From: Schmidtea nova
Lineage: Eukaryota
DNA: 64,000 nucleotides
Direction: 5' to 3'
Assembly (NCBI GenBank): GCA_044892505.1
Contig: CM097884.1
Coordinates: 121,272,001 to 121,336,000, forward strand
The stretch's first letter is position 1; every line of letters begins with the position of its first letter. Made by a program: the position numbers and the translations under genes. The notes under the pieces were generated by a model. The model saw nothing but the letters and a program-made list of their open reading frames with translations. It did no database searches and was not told where the DNA came from. Positions 10,066-22,500 of this stretch are shown in pieces.

Positions 10066-13000
10066 CTATACCATCATTATCGTCTTTTCCTCGTATCGTT
10101 CTTCATCTTCTATTTGTTTCCAGAATTCTTTACCTTTCGTTCTTCTTTGGAATTCTTGCTGTATCTCTTCTGGTATTTCTATTCTTTGTTTCATAATTTT
10201 AATATCTGGCCATTGTATGGCTGTCGCTTTGTTTCTCTTTCTGTATCTCCAATATATTATCATGCTTGTCGTCATTATCCCATATGCTATTAATATTCCT
10301 ATACTGATTAATCCTATTACTGTTTTTCCACGGTTTGTTGCTTTGATTTTATTCTGATTCGCTTTTATCTCATTTTGGGTTTGAGCCTCTGGCTTCTTCT
10401 CCTTCTGTACTTGATTCTTGACTTTGTTCATTACTTCTTGGGTAGACCAATGGCGGTTTAGTAGTTGTTTGACGTTATTTTCTTTTGTCTGGTTTTCTAC
10501 GCTTCCTGGTTCGATCTGTTGTTGTAGTTTCTCTGAGATCTGATATAATCCGCATTCTGGTTTTTCTGAACCTTTTCTGGTGAAGGTACATATCGCGTAT
10601 GTCCTATTTACTTCCATTTTCTTTAATTCGACTTTTTCTTTATTCTTTATTTCTTTACAGTGGGTTAGGTTGTCTTCTTCCCCTTCTGGGTTATGCTTTG
10701 TCCAACATATTCCTTTAACTGTCTGATCGAGTCCTGTTAATGTCAGAGTTCTTTCTGTCTTTGTTAGTTCTTCTTCATCGAATTTCAGTATCTCTCCTTT
10801 TTGGAATGTCTTGCAATGCTCTATTCCCTCTTGGATTCCTTTCTCCCAGATACATATACTTCCTTCTTCATTCATTTGTATTTCTTGTATTTCGATTTCC
10901 TTGTTTGTTCGTGATTCGTCGCTTGTCTGAACTTGGTATTCCTTCCTTGGTTCGTTGTATGTTCCCCAGCATAGTTTGTTGCTACTTGTTTTCCTTATTG
11001 TTATGGCCATTTGTTCTATTATTATTCCTTTATCGATACGTTTGGACATTGCTAGTATTAATGCTATGCATACGCACTCCTGTTGGGGTGATATTCTTTC
11101 TCTCGTTTTATTGGTGCTTTTCTCTCCTTCTCCTGGTTTATCCGTTGTGTTTCTTATCTGAGTTGCTGGTTGATCTATGGTGTTTTTGATTTCTTTCTTT
11201 GTTGGTTTTACTCTATACCATTCGAGTCCAGGCGTTTCATATTTTTGGCATACGACTGTCTTAGGTAGCCCCGCCTTCTTTTCCTTTCCTATTATGCATA
11301 TTCGATGCATGATTCCTCTATACATCCCTTCTATTCGTACTACATCCTGGTCGGATTTTCTGATTATGCATTTTAGTGGGTTATCTTTCCCAATTGGTTC
11401 ATCCTCTCTATTCCAGCATATTTTCTCGACCTCTTGGACATTTACTATTTTTATCCCTGCTTGTAGGTTTGTTGCTTCATCCCTATTGATTAATGTCAAT
11501 ATTATTGTTAGACCCAACCATTTTGAACTCTGCGGTAGACTTCTGGTTCGCCTTTCATATTTTTTCTCTTCTCCTTTAATCTCTTTTATTTCCTTGTCTT
11601 TGTTGTTCATTCCTGGTTTTACGATTTTTGCTTCTTTCTTACTCCTGGTCGGTTTTGGTTCTTTTCGTGCTTCTAGTATTTCGACTCCATGGCTTGTATT
11701 ATCTATATTTAGCCATTGGGTTGTTGATTTTCTTGGGCTTATCTTGCGTATCCATATAGCTGATAACGCGATTATTACTGGTATGGTTGCTGTTAATATT
11801 CCTAAGCCGATCAGTTCTTTAATTTCTTTATTCTCGTCTGTTTGTATAGGTTCGCTTTGGTTGTACATTATTCCGTATTGTCCCTTTAGTTTTCTCATTA
11901 ATTGTTCTCGTTCCTCTTGCTTTCTTTTGACTTCTTTGATAACTTCTTCAGGTGTCCATTTTGCTTGAGGGTCGGTTATTGTTTTTTCTGCGTCCATTTG
12001 TTCATTCGTTTGGCTTAGTTCCCTGAATTCGAGTTTCCTTGTTATTCCTTTTGATGTTGCGTTTACTGGTGTATAGTAGGTTTCGCATCTTTCTTGTTGG
12101 TTTCCTAGTGCGTCCGTTTTTTCTATTGTACATACTTCGTACTCGCTATTAAATTGTAGTCTTTCGATCTTGATTTCTTTATTTGTTTTTCTGCACTCTC
12201 TTGATTGTCTTCTTATATATTTCTGGACTAGTATCCAACATATCTCCAATGTTTTATTCTCTATTTTCCATAATGTCAGAGTTGCTGATGTCTTTTTCTC
12301 GGATTTTGTCGTAACTTCTTGGCTTATCGGTTGTTTATTGTTTTTAAAGGTAGTGGTGTACTTCGGTTTCCCTTTGTTTCGTTGTCTTCTTTTATTTTTT
12401 CGTGTTAACGTTTTAGTTCTTGTTCCGGATGAAGTGGTGTATATTCCGCATTCTAGGTCGTTTATCGTTATCTGATCATTTTTCTTTACCAGACATATTT
12501 CGTAAGTTTGTTTACTTTCTAAACCTTTTATTTGTATCGTCGTTGCTCCTGTACTTGTTCGACATTGTGGTGTCTTTCTTTCATTCGTCTCTTTTTCGTA
12601 CTTCCTCCAGCATACTCCTTTCACATTTGGTTCTATTTCTTTTATTTCTAATGTTATGTTTATTTTCCGCTTGATTTGTTTATTTCTCTTCCTCGTTCTC
12701 CTTCTGAACTTTATTACTTCTCCGGGTTGAAATGTTTTACATTTTGTGGTACCTTTCTTGTTTGTCTCTTTTTCTAATAGGCATAGTTTGTACATCTTAT
12801 CTGCTTTTACTTCGGATACTTTAATTACTTTGTTTGTTGTTGGTTTTCGACTTTTCCTTATTTCATTTACGCCGATTTCCTCGTTATTCCTCGCCCAACA
12901 TTTTATGTTAGTATTCTGTGTATCTTCTACTTCTGTTATTGTCATAGTTTCAATTTCTATTCCTTCCTCTAATCGTTTTATTATTATTAGTATGAGTGCT

Positions 13001-13520
13001 AAGCATAATACTTCCATTTGGTAAGACACTCTTTCGGTTTCGTTTGTGGCAACTCTTGCTTCGGGTCTTTTTATTGTAATTCGTATAGTTGGTGTTGTTT
13101 GCTTATCTATTGCCTGGGGTTTTTTGTTTTCTGTTCCCTGTGTCTCTGTTCTTCCACATTTTCCGAGGATGTAATCTCCTTTGGGTGACTGTTGTATTGT
13201 CATGGCTGCTTTAGGTGTTTGGTATTTTGCACATGCGATTGTGTTGTGTGATCTTGGATGCTTTTGTTTTCTAACGGTGCATATTTTGTACCAGGTATCT
13301 AGATCTAAGTCATTGATCTCTATGATCTCTTGCTCGTGTTTTGAGATTCTGCAATCCATCGGGCTATTTTGTTCCGTGGTTTTGTCCTTTTTCGACCAAC
13401 ATACTCGTTCGATTCCTTTTGCGTTTTTTATTTGTATTATTGCCCTTTCTTCACATGTCATTCCCTGACTTGGGTTAATTAACGTTAAAATCACTGTTAG
13501 TAATAGTAATTCTGGTTTGA
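10066..13520 (-). other. C-terminal duplicated extracellular modules: signal-like segment, several FN3-like repeats, TM helix (two copies)
   Basis: Repeated pattern ICW..C...I.I..L....Y.IC......C..Y.T. Paired segments LLTVILTLINP / LTIILTLINR and VLCLALILII / VCIALILAM. TM helices at ~11750-11818 and ~10250-10325. Confidence 0.6.
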
Positions 13521-16500
13521 AGAATGGTTTTATGGTTGATTTATAACCTGTTCTTTGGGTGTCATTTTTATCTCCTTGGTCGTTTGTTCCTTGTTCTCCC
13601 TCTTCATCTCTTTGTTTTTCGTCTTCACCTTTCTTTCCTTCCTTGTCTCGTTTCTTGTCTTTTCTCTCGTTTTCCTCTTTATCGGGTGGTTCGTGATCGC
13701 TTGGATTTTCTGAGTTGTTACCGTCGTCACTATCTGTGTTGTCATCTCCCCCTGGCTCGTCGAAAATGTCGTCCTCGACATTGATTTCTTCTATTAGTTT
13801 CGCATACGCTAATGTCGTTAGATTACTTGCCTCAAATTCTTGTGTTTCTATTTGCTCTGGTATTACTTTGTTAGTGGATTTATGTTCCAAGATTTCCTTT
13901 TTGGCCTTGATCCAATTGTTGATGTATGTCTTCATCAATTCTTTCCATTTGCCTGTGTATTTTTCCTCTTTCGGGCTGGTTGTGATTTTTAGATCTTTTC
14001 TTTCCATAAACATCTTCAATATCTCTGGCCATTTATACGTTATTAAGGCACTTCTTATGCACCAGTTTTGGTTATGTTCGGTAAACTTATTAATCCTGAA
14101 TGCTGGTTCGTTAGTATTAGGATTTATCCACGTAAGTATTGATTCTGTTAGTTCGACGTTGTTCATCATTGCTAGTACACTGGGTTTCTTGACCGTATCA
14201 GTTAGGTGATCTATTTCTTCCTGATTTGGGATTGTTTTAATGAAATTGACCATTTCCCAATTATGTGTTAATAATGCTACATCCAATATTGAATTATCTT
14301 TCTCTGTTTTGCCTGTAAGTCCTGCACCTGCTTTGTATAGTTCTTCTAATACCTTTGTTTTCGTTTTGGCCCTTGCTGCAAATACCATAAGTGTATCTCC
14401 TTTCTCGTCTATCATATTCATATTGCTGCCGCAATTTAGCATTACTCTTGCAATTTCCATTACTTTCCTATCTTTGCCATTTCGTAGAGCTCTATGTATG
14501 GGCATTATTCCGTCTTTTGGTAATAGGAATGTTACTGGCATTTCCTTTTTTATTATTACTATGTCGTTACCATTGTATGTTCCTTTTGCGTATGCGTGTA
14601 CTTTTTCAACTAATGCGCCGAGTATTTCCAGTGCATGTTTACTATTCTCGAATTCCGGTAACAATTCTTTTGCTTTTTCTTGTATCGCATCTAGTCTAGC
14701 TTGGTATGGTGCTTCTGCTTTGAAGAGTGGTGTGAGTTTCTTGTTACTTTCTCTTTCTTTTTTCTCTAAAACCTGTTTGCATTTTTCGGGATGGTTTAAG
14801 ATTTTTACTAATTCCTCATATTCGCTTACTATCGTCTGGTATATCTCGTTAAAATTGCTTATGTCTCTGTATGTTATTAGTTTATCAAGTGGTTTCGCGC
14901 ACCATTTCCTAATCTTATTGAATAAGGCTTCCTTCTCTTTATCGAATTTGTATTCTTCTTCATTCTTTGTGATGTTTATGTTTCCTCTGTCTAATAAGGT
15001 TAGTAATGTCTTCTGATCACAAGTAAATTTCAGAAGATATCTTAACAGCGCGTTTTGTCCTTCGCTGTATACTTCGTTTATGTCTAAGACCCATGTATCC
15101 TCTTCTGGTCGTTTCCATTTGATTAACTTACGGATCGTGTTGCATTTACCAATTTTGATTGCTTCTTTGATAATGTCTCTTTTAACCAATTCGTCTATCT
15201 CCCAAGTGCAGTTAGCTATTATGTATTTCAGCATTGGTTGGTGAGAACTCCATATTACGTGATTTAGCACTGTTTTGTCCTCTCTATCTCGTTCTGTCCA
15301 ACTGAAATGAGCTTTTATCAATAGATCTATCATTTCTTTATCTGCTTGGTGGATTGCGGCTGTCATTAATGGAGTTTCTTGTTCCCGATTCCCTACGTCC
15401 AAGTTTTGGTTTGTTTCTTTTGCGATTTTTAGGAATTCTTTTGCTCTTTCAATGTTTTTACACTCTATCGCATTATGTAAGGCTGGTTGTCCTCCTACAT
15501 CTTTCAATAAGAGTATTTCAGGGATTTTTTCCAATAATTCAGAAATAATTGGTTCGGTTGGTAATCCTTGTGCGTAACGGCTAATTATATGTCTAATATC
15601 CCTTGATATGCCTGCTTCGTCTCTAACATGCCATCTTCCCATTATCTCTCTCGCCTTCAATATGATTTCTTTATTTCTGATTTCTTTTTGCCTTATTTCT
15701 GCTTTGTCGTCTTCGGTTGCATTAGCTCTGAGCATATTTATCCTGGCTGTTTGTGATCTGGTTATTATTCGATTTTCTGGTGTTGTAGTTATCGTTTTAG
15801 GCACTTTCTTACATCTGCAGGTGTTTACGTATATGGGTCGTATTAACGGTCGATTTACTAGCTTAACTTTGACATTATTGTCCTTCTTGTATATAATTTC
15901 GTAAGGTCCTCTTCCAGGTCTTTGGAGTTTCTTAACAGTTCCTGGTATTATTTCGGGAGTTTCTATTATCACCCAATCTCCTGGTTTTAGATCGTTTGCC
16001 TTTACATTTTTCTTTTGGTCGTGTAAATCCTTATAACTTTCCTGATAAAATTTAATGTTGAGTTCTGCCGTTTTCCATATTTCCTGCATTCTCTCTTTGA
16101 ATTTGGTTACGTAGTCGTCATCTTCCATATATTGCGATAATGGTGGCTGATACTCTAAATCTATGGGCATGTTGCATTCTCTTCCATACATAAGTTGAAA
16201 TGGGCTTAGTTTTGTTGCTGCATGTATCGACATTCGGTATGCCATTAAACATAATTTTATATATTCGTCCCAATCAGTCTGATGTCTGCTGACGTAATTT
16301 GATAACATTCTGATCAATGTACCATTGAATCGCTCCGTTTGTCCATTCGTTTGCGGGTGATATGGTGAAGTTCTCAATTTTGCTATTCTGAAATAGTTTG
16401 TCACCTCGTTCAATAACTCACTCATGAAGTTAGTTCCTTGGTCTGTGAGTATTTGTTTTGGAGTTCCGTATCTGCAACATATTTCTTCCACTAGAATTTT

Positions 16501-19500
16501 TGCTACGGTTTTTGCTTTTTGATCTTGCATGGCAAATGCTTCCGGGAATTTCGTCAGATAATCCGTTATCACCAATATATAAATATTTCCGTTTAGACTT
16601 TCTGGTAATGGTCCTATTACGTCCATTGCTATAGTTGTCATTGGCTCTGCTGGTATCGGCATTGGTTGTAGCGGGTTCTTCCATTTCTTCCCACTATCCT
16701 TTCTGGTTGCGCAAGTTAGACAATTTTTAATCCATTCCTTTATATCTTCTTCCATTGTTCGCCAATAATATTTTTGTCTCATACGATTTATGGTCTTTTT
16801 CTCGGACATATGACCTCCCAATTTCCCATCATGGTATTGGATCATTATCTCTTTCCTTCTGTTTTCTGGTAAACACATCAATCTCTTTTCACCGTCTTGT
16901 ATTAACAACCATCCTTTATTTATTATGTAGCGATGTTGATATTTTCCTATATGTTCCTTTAGTTCCTTATTATCCTTGAATGCCTCCATATTTCGAGACG
17001 TTAGGAACTCTAGGATCTGTCCTAATTCTTTGTCTTCCTGTTGATCTTTCTTTAACTCACTAAAATCTAAATCCTCCGCTATTAATACACAAATTCGTTG
17101 TACATCAGGATCGGTTAATTCCGGAAATGTCAGTCTTGACATACAATCTGCATTCGCATTCGTTTTTCCTGATTTAAATTTTATGTCTGGTGAGTACTCC
17201 TGTAACTGCATTGCCCATCGCATTAATCTACTGGATGTTTCCTTGTGCTGTCCTAACCATACAAGCGGTTGGTGATCTGTTGTTATGCAGATGATGTGAC
17301 CCCATAGTAAATATTTAAAGTGTTTAATAGCTAATATAATTGCTAATGCTTCCCGTTCTGTTACTGAGTAATTTTTCTCGTGCTTTTTGAATGTCCGGCT
17401 ATAATATCCGATTACCCGTTCTTTTCCTTCGTCGTCGTATTGTCCTAATACTGCTCCTGCTGCATATCCGCTTGCATCTGTTGCAAGTAGGAATGGCTTC
17501 TTGAAGTCTGGGTGTACCAATATGGGTGCGGTTATCAGTTTATCTCTCAATGTTTCAAAAGCTGTTTGTTGTTCATCTCCCCATATGAATGATACGTCTT
17601 TCTTTACCAGCTCCTGTATAGGCTTTGCTATTCCGGCGTAATCTTTTATAAACTTTCTATAATATCCACATAGTCCGAGAAATTCTTGTATTTGGGTTAT
17701 TGTTTTTGGTACTGTGCATTCTTTTACTTTGTCGATATTTCTAGGATCCGGTTCTTTTCCTTTTGCTGACACTATATGTCCTAAAAATGTAACCTTTTCT
17801 TTTGCCCAATCGCATTTTGATGGCTTGAGTTTTAACTTCCATTGTCTAAGCCTAACGAATACATCTCGAATATCCTGTATGTGTTGTTCGAATGTACTAG
17901 AGTAAATCAATAAGTCGTCGATGTAGACCATGCACTGCTTTATTCCGTGGGTGACGAAATTCATGCATCTCTGAAATGATGCTGGTGCGTTCGTTAATCC
18001 AAATGGCATTTTCCGAAATTGATATAGGTCTCTACCGATGGTAAAGGCAGTTTTCTCTTTATCTTCTTCCTTCATTTTTATTTGCCAGTATCCGCTTTTC
18101 AGATCTAACGACGTAAAATATGCTGCTCCTTGTAATGTTAATAGCATTTCATTAATGTCTGGTAATGGGTAAGTATCCCTTTTTGTCACAGTATTCAATC
18201 TTCGATAGTCTATGCAGAATCTCTGTGTTCCGTCTTTCTTCTTTACCATTACCACTGGAAATTGCCAGGGTGAACAACTTGGTTCGATTACTTCTGCATC
18301 CAACATTTTCTTCACTTCTGCTTCTGCTACTGCTTTCTGTGCTTCCGCTAATTTGTACGGCCTTAATGCAATTGGTGTTTCATCTGTTAATGGTATTGTA
18401 TGTAGTGTGACATCACATGTTCCTAGATCTAAATCGGATGCTGCAAATATATCCTTATACTCTATCAGGAGTTTTTCTAGCTGCTTCCTTTGATCCTCAT
18501 TTAATAATTCACTATCAATATTCCAGGTTGGTTCTTTATCTTTCTCTGCTCCTTCTATTGGCAGTTCGATATCCATCATTGGGGTTAATTTACCTAATCT
18601 TTCGTTTTCGTATATTATTTTGTCCTCTTCGTCGAAGTTTACTACGTTTATTGGGATTTCTCCATTATCGTTTATGTTAACTAGTCCTCTTGCCATTGGC
18701 AACGCTTTTCTTTTCTCGAATCTCTTACTTGGTTCGAAAATCATATCCCCTTGGATTGTCGGATCTATTTTTACGTAACATATTTTCTCCTTTCTTGCGG
18801 GTATTATCATTTGCTTTGAACTTGTCACTTTGGCTTCTATTGCGCATATTTTTCCTGTGCTATCCTTTAGTCTCATTGTTCCGAGGTCGATTACAATCTC
18901 TTTAAATAATGCTGGCATCAAATCTGTTCCGATGATGCAAGGTACGCTTAATGCTGGTATAACTGCTACGTATGTATCGATTTCCGTGTTTAAGTGGCGT
19001 ATTTTTACCCACCATCTTCCTGCTACTTCTACAACTTCTTTGCTACATGCAATTATATGGACGTTTGTCCTTTCTATATCTCGTCTTTGCTCTTGTGGTA
19101 TCCATTTGATGTCGATGGCAGAAATGTTTGCTCCCGTGTCGATCATTGCTTCGATTTCCCTTCCGTTAATCTCTATTGTCGTGGTTAATACTGGACCTGT
19201 GTTTGATGACATCACTGCGATCGTGTGTGTATCTCCTTGTGGATCCACACTTCTACATCTTCTCATTTTATAATCTTCTGGTATCATGGGATATACATTT
19301 GTCATTGGCATCATTTGCATCGTGCTATTTTTTCCTCCTTGTAGTGGTTCTTGATACATTGTTGGTGGAGGTGCGTAACATTTCCATGCGTCGGCTGGAT
19401 TCTTTTCGATGTATTGTGGTGCTTGGTTCTTATACACTTGTCCTCCCTTATAGTCGTCATCGTCGTCATCGTCGTCACTCGAATCATTTTGGGTTTTATA

Positions 19501-22500
19501 TCCTTTCATCCTCTCCCATAAACCTTTTCTTTCTCTCTTGAGCTGTTGTCTTGCTTGTTCGTCATTCATTATCTTTTTAAATTTTCGTCCTACTTCTTCA
19601 TCTGTTCCCTTCATTTTTGCAAGTATCTTCAACAATCTCTTTATTCGATGTATGTCCTTTGAGTGTCCGTGCAACACCATCGTTTTCGCGAGGAATGGTA
19701 AAAATCCTACTACCATTTTCCAATTCACTTTCTTTTCTCTCTTGTAAATATCGAAACACGCTAACATTTGCGTTATTATCACTCTGACGATTTGTATTAT
19801 TAATATAACCCCCAGTATTCCGGCCATCATTTGTCCGAATATCAGAAATCTTCCCCACATTGCTTTCATCATATTTTCGGTGGCTTTCTTGAAATGTGCT
19901 GGTGACAACAACAGTTCATAATTCGGTCCTTCTCGATAATTCGTTCCTCCCGTTATCGTTACGATATTTGACAGTAATGCTTCTCTTCTTGCCGGGAATA
20001 ATATATTCTGCCTTGCTGCTTCTAAATCCTTTGGACTATATATTCCGTTGTTTGAGACATCTACGTCGCTGAATTGCCTATCCTTTGACAACTGCATTAG
20101 CTCGAATTCTCTTGGTGCTATCACTTCGGATCTTCCTGGGAACATAACCCATTTACCATCTGGTTTCTGATAAAGCGGTCCATACGCATTACTACAGTTG
20201 AATGGATTTGGTTCAAACCCTGGTGGATTGATGATTCTCGTCACCGGTTGGACGTATCGTACTTTTCCTTTGTAATCGATTTCTAACTCATTTGTACAGG
20301 TTCCAGGTTTCAACTGTGTTGTTGCTGCTAGCGACGCGTGTGTTTTTTCGCAAATGTATACGTACATTGCTTCTCCGACCACTCTTCCGAAATGTCCTTC
20401 TCTCAGTGGTAATAATGGCATCGCGCTATCTGGATTCGTAATCGCTACGGTCAATTTCGTCTTTAATATTTCTCGATTCAGTATACAATCATTGTTTATC
20501 AGATCGTAGTACACTTTTTGTAATGAGGCTTGTCCTCTATGGAATAGGAAATCCATTTTATTATTCACATATAGGTGTAGTTTGATATCCATTGTGTCGA
20601 TTTTGGGTTTCGCGTTTGGCACTTCTTGTTTTGACACATATATTCCTGGGTAATTTGTTTCGTATACCGTTGTACTACACTTGAGGGTTGCTTTTCCTTT
20701 TATGAACCTCATTCCCACATCCTGATTTGTGGTTATCAATACTGTTGGTGTGGCTCTCATCTCTATTCGTTTTTCTCTATGATCTGGTTTCAGTTGTCTT
20801 TTATTCTCTAAAGCTTCCTTGAGATGCTTTGCTCTCTCTTTGTCGTCATCGTCTTCTTCCTGGAACGTTTTTCCTTGGATTTCGTCGAACTTTGCTCCTT
20901 GTAGCAGTTGTAACTGACATTCGTTTACCTTTGGTTTGTACACTAATGTTGACATTCCCGTTTGACACATGCTCCTGTCGATTTTACACATGGATAACGT
21001 TTTCATTTCTCCCGTTGTTGGTTCGAAGAATGCTTCGTAGCTTTTTAGTTCGACTATATACGTATCCATCACCACTAAGTTGGTTGCGGGTACTCCGAAT
21101 ATCGGGTAGGTTTCTCCTTGACAATATCCTTCTCCTCCCGTAATCCGTCCTGCTACATAGTATGTCTGTTGCATCATCATTCCTGGCTTTCCTCTTATCT
21201 TGATTTTATCTCTTGTTGTTACTTCTCCATGTTTAAACAGTGCTTCGCAGTCTTCTCCTTGTAACACGATTGGTTCTCTTTCCGTTCCTGTCATGACAAT
21301 TGCTGAATAATGTCCTCTCCCGCAGTAGAATGCGAATCTCGTCTTCTGCACTTTACATTCATTCACCATTGTCTTTATGAGTTCTGCTTCTTGATACACG
21401 TGGTACCATTGTTCCTTTTTAATCTTTTGCAACTCTACCGGAGTTGCATCTTTGCATTGCTCCGTACCTCTCAATGAATACTTTTCTCCTAACTTCATTT
21501 GGTCGCAATCAAACACTTCGAATGCTGTTGCGCTATCGGTGCTAATCATCCATATCAACATCATCATTATTATAGCACTCAGATTCATTGATGACTTCGC
21601 GTTTCCTGTTCCTGCTTGTTCTTTTTCTAACTCTTCCAATATTTTTTCAAATTTCTTTTTCATATTCTTGGCTTGTGTTTTCTTCTGGTTAGTTTTTATA
21701 AATGTTTCCCATCCTCCTTTGTTAATGACGTAGGGTTCTATTTCTCTAGCTATAATCTTTGCGGTATTTTTTATATGTATCTCTAATGCAGTGGGTTTTG
21801 GTCGACCTCTACTCAGTGTCAACAGATTGTAGATCGTGTATGCAATAGCTATTACGTATTTGTTATCTGTTTCCGCTCCTTCTGTCAGTTTCTTTATTAA
21901 CATAGTGGTTCCTTGCCAGTCTAAGTGATTTGATTTCGTCTTTTCTTTTATGAATTCCGGTAAGATGGGTGCGATTGCGCTGTGTAGTGACTTCGCCTTT
22001 TCGCTTATCTCAGTTATCCGCCAGTATTTTCTTAATTCCGGATCAATTATTGCCAATATTTCCATTATTGTTTTCGATATCCATTCCTCCCCCTGACATA
22101 TTGGTGTTGTCTCTTTTTCTTTCATCTCCGCAATTTTATTTAATTTCCTTAAACATAATTCCCATTGATCTTGTCTCTTTTCGTCTTTATTTCTTACAAC
22201 TACAGTTGCTGGGTCTGTCTTAGGTCTACCTCTAGGTCGTTTATCCATTCCTGTACCTGTTTCCACAAATCTTGTTGTTCGTCCGGTTTCCTCGGTGACA
22301 TCTCTTGGTTCGTTAGCTCTTTCTTCTAACCATCTTTCCATTTCTTGTGTTAATTGTACATTTTCGACATTCGCTCCTCTCGTTTCGTCTTCTGTTAGAT
22401 CGTTTACTTCTTCTATTATTATTTCTTCTTCGACTTCTGCTTCTCCGGTGTTGGTTACTTGTATTGTCGTAGGTAGTTCTTGTATTCTTTCGAAAATGTT

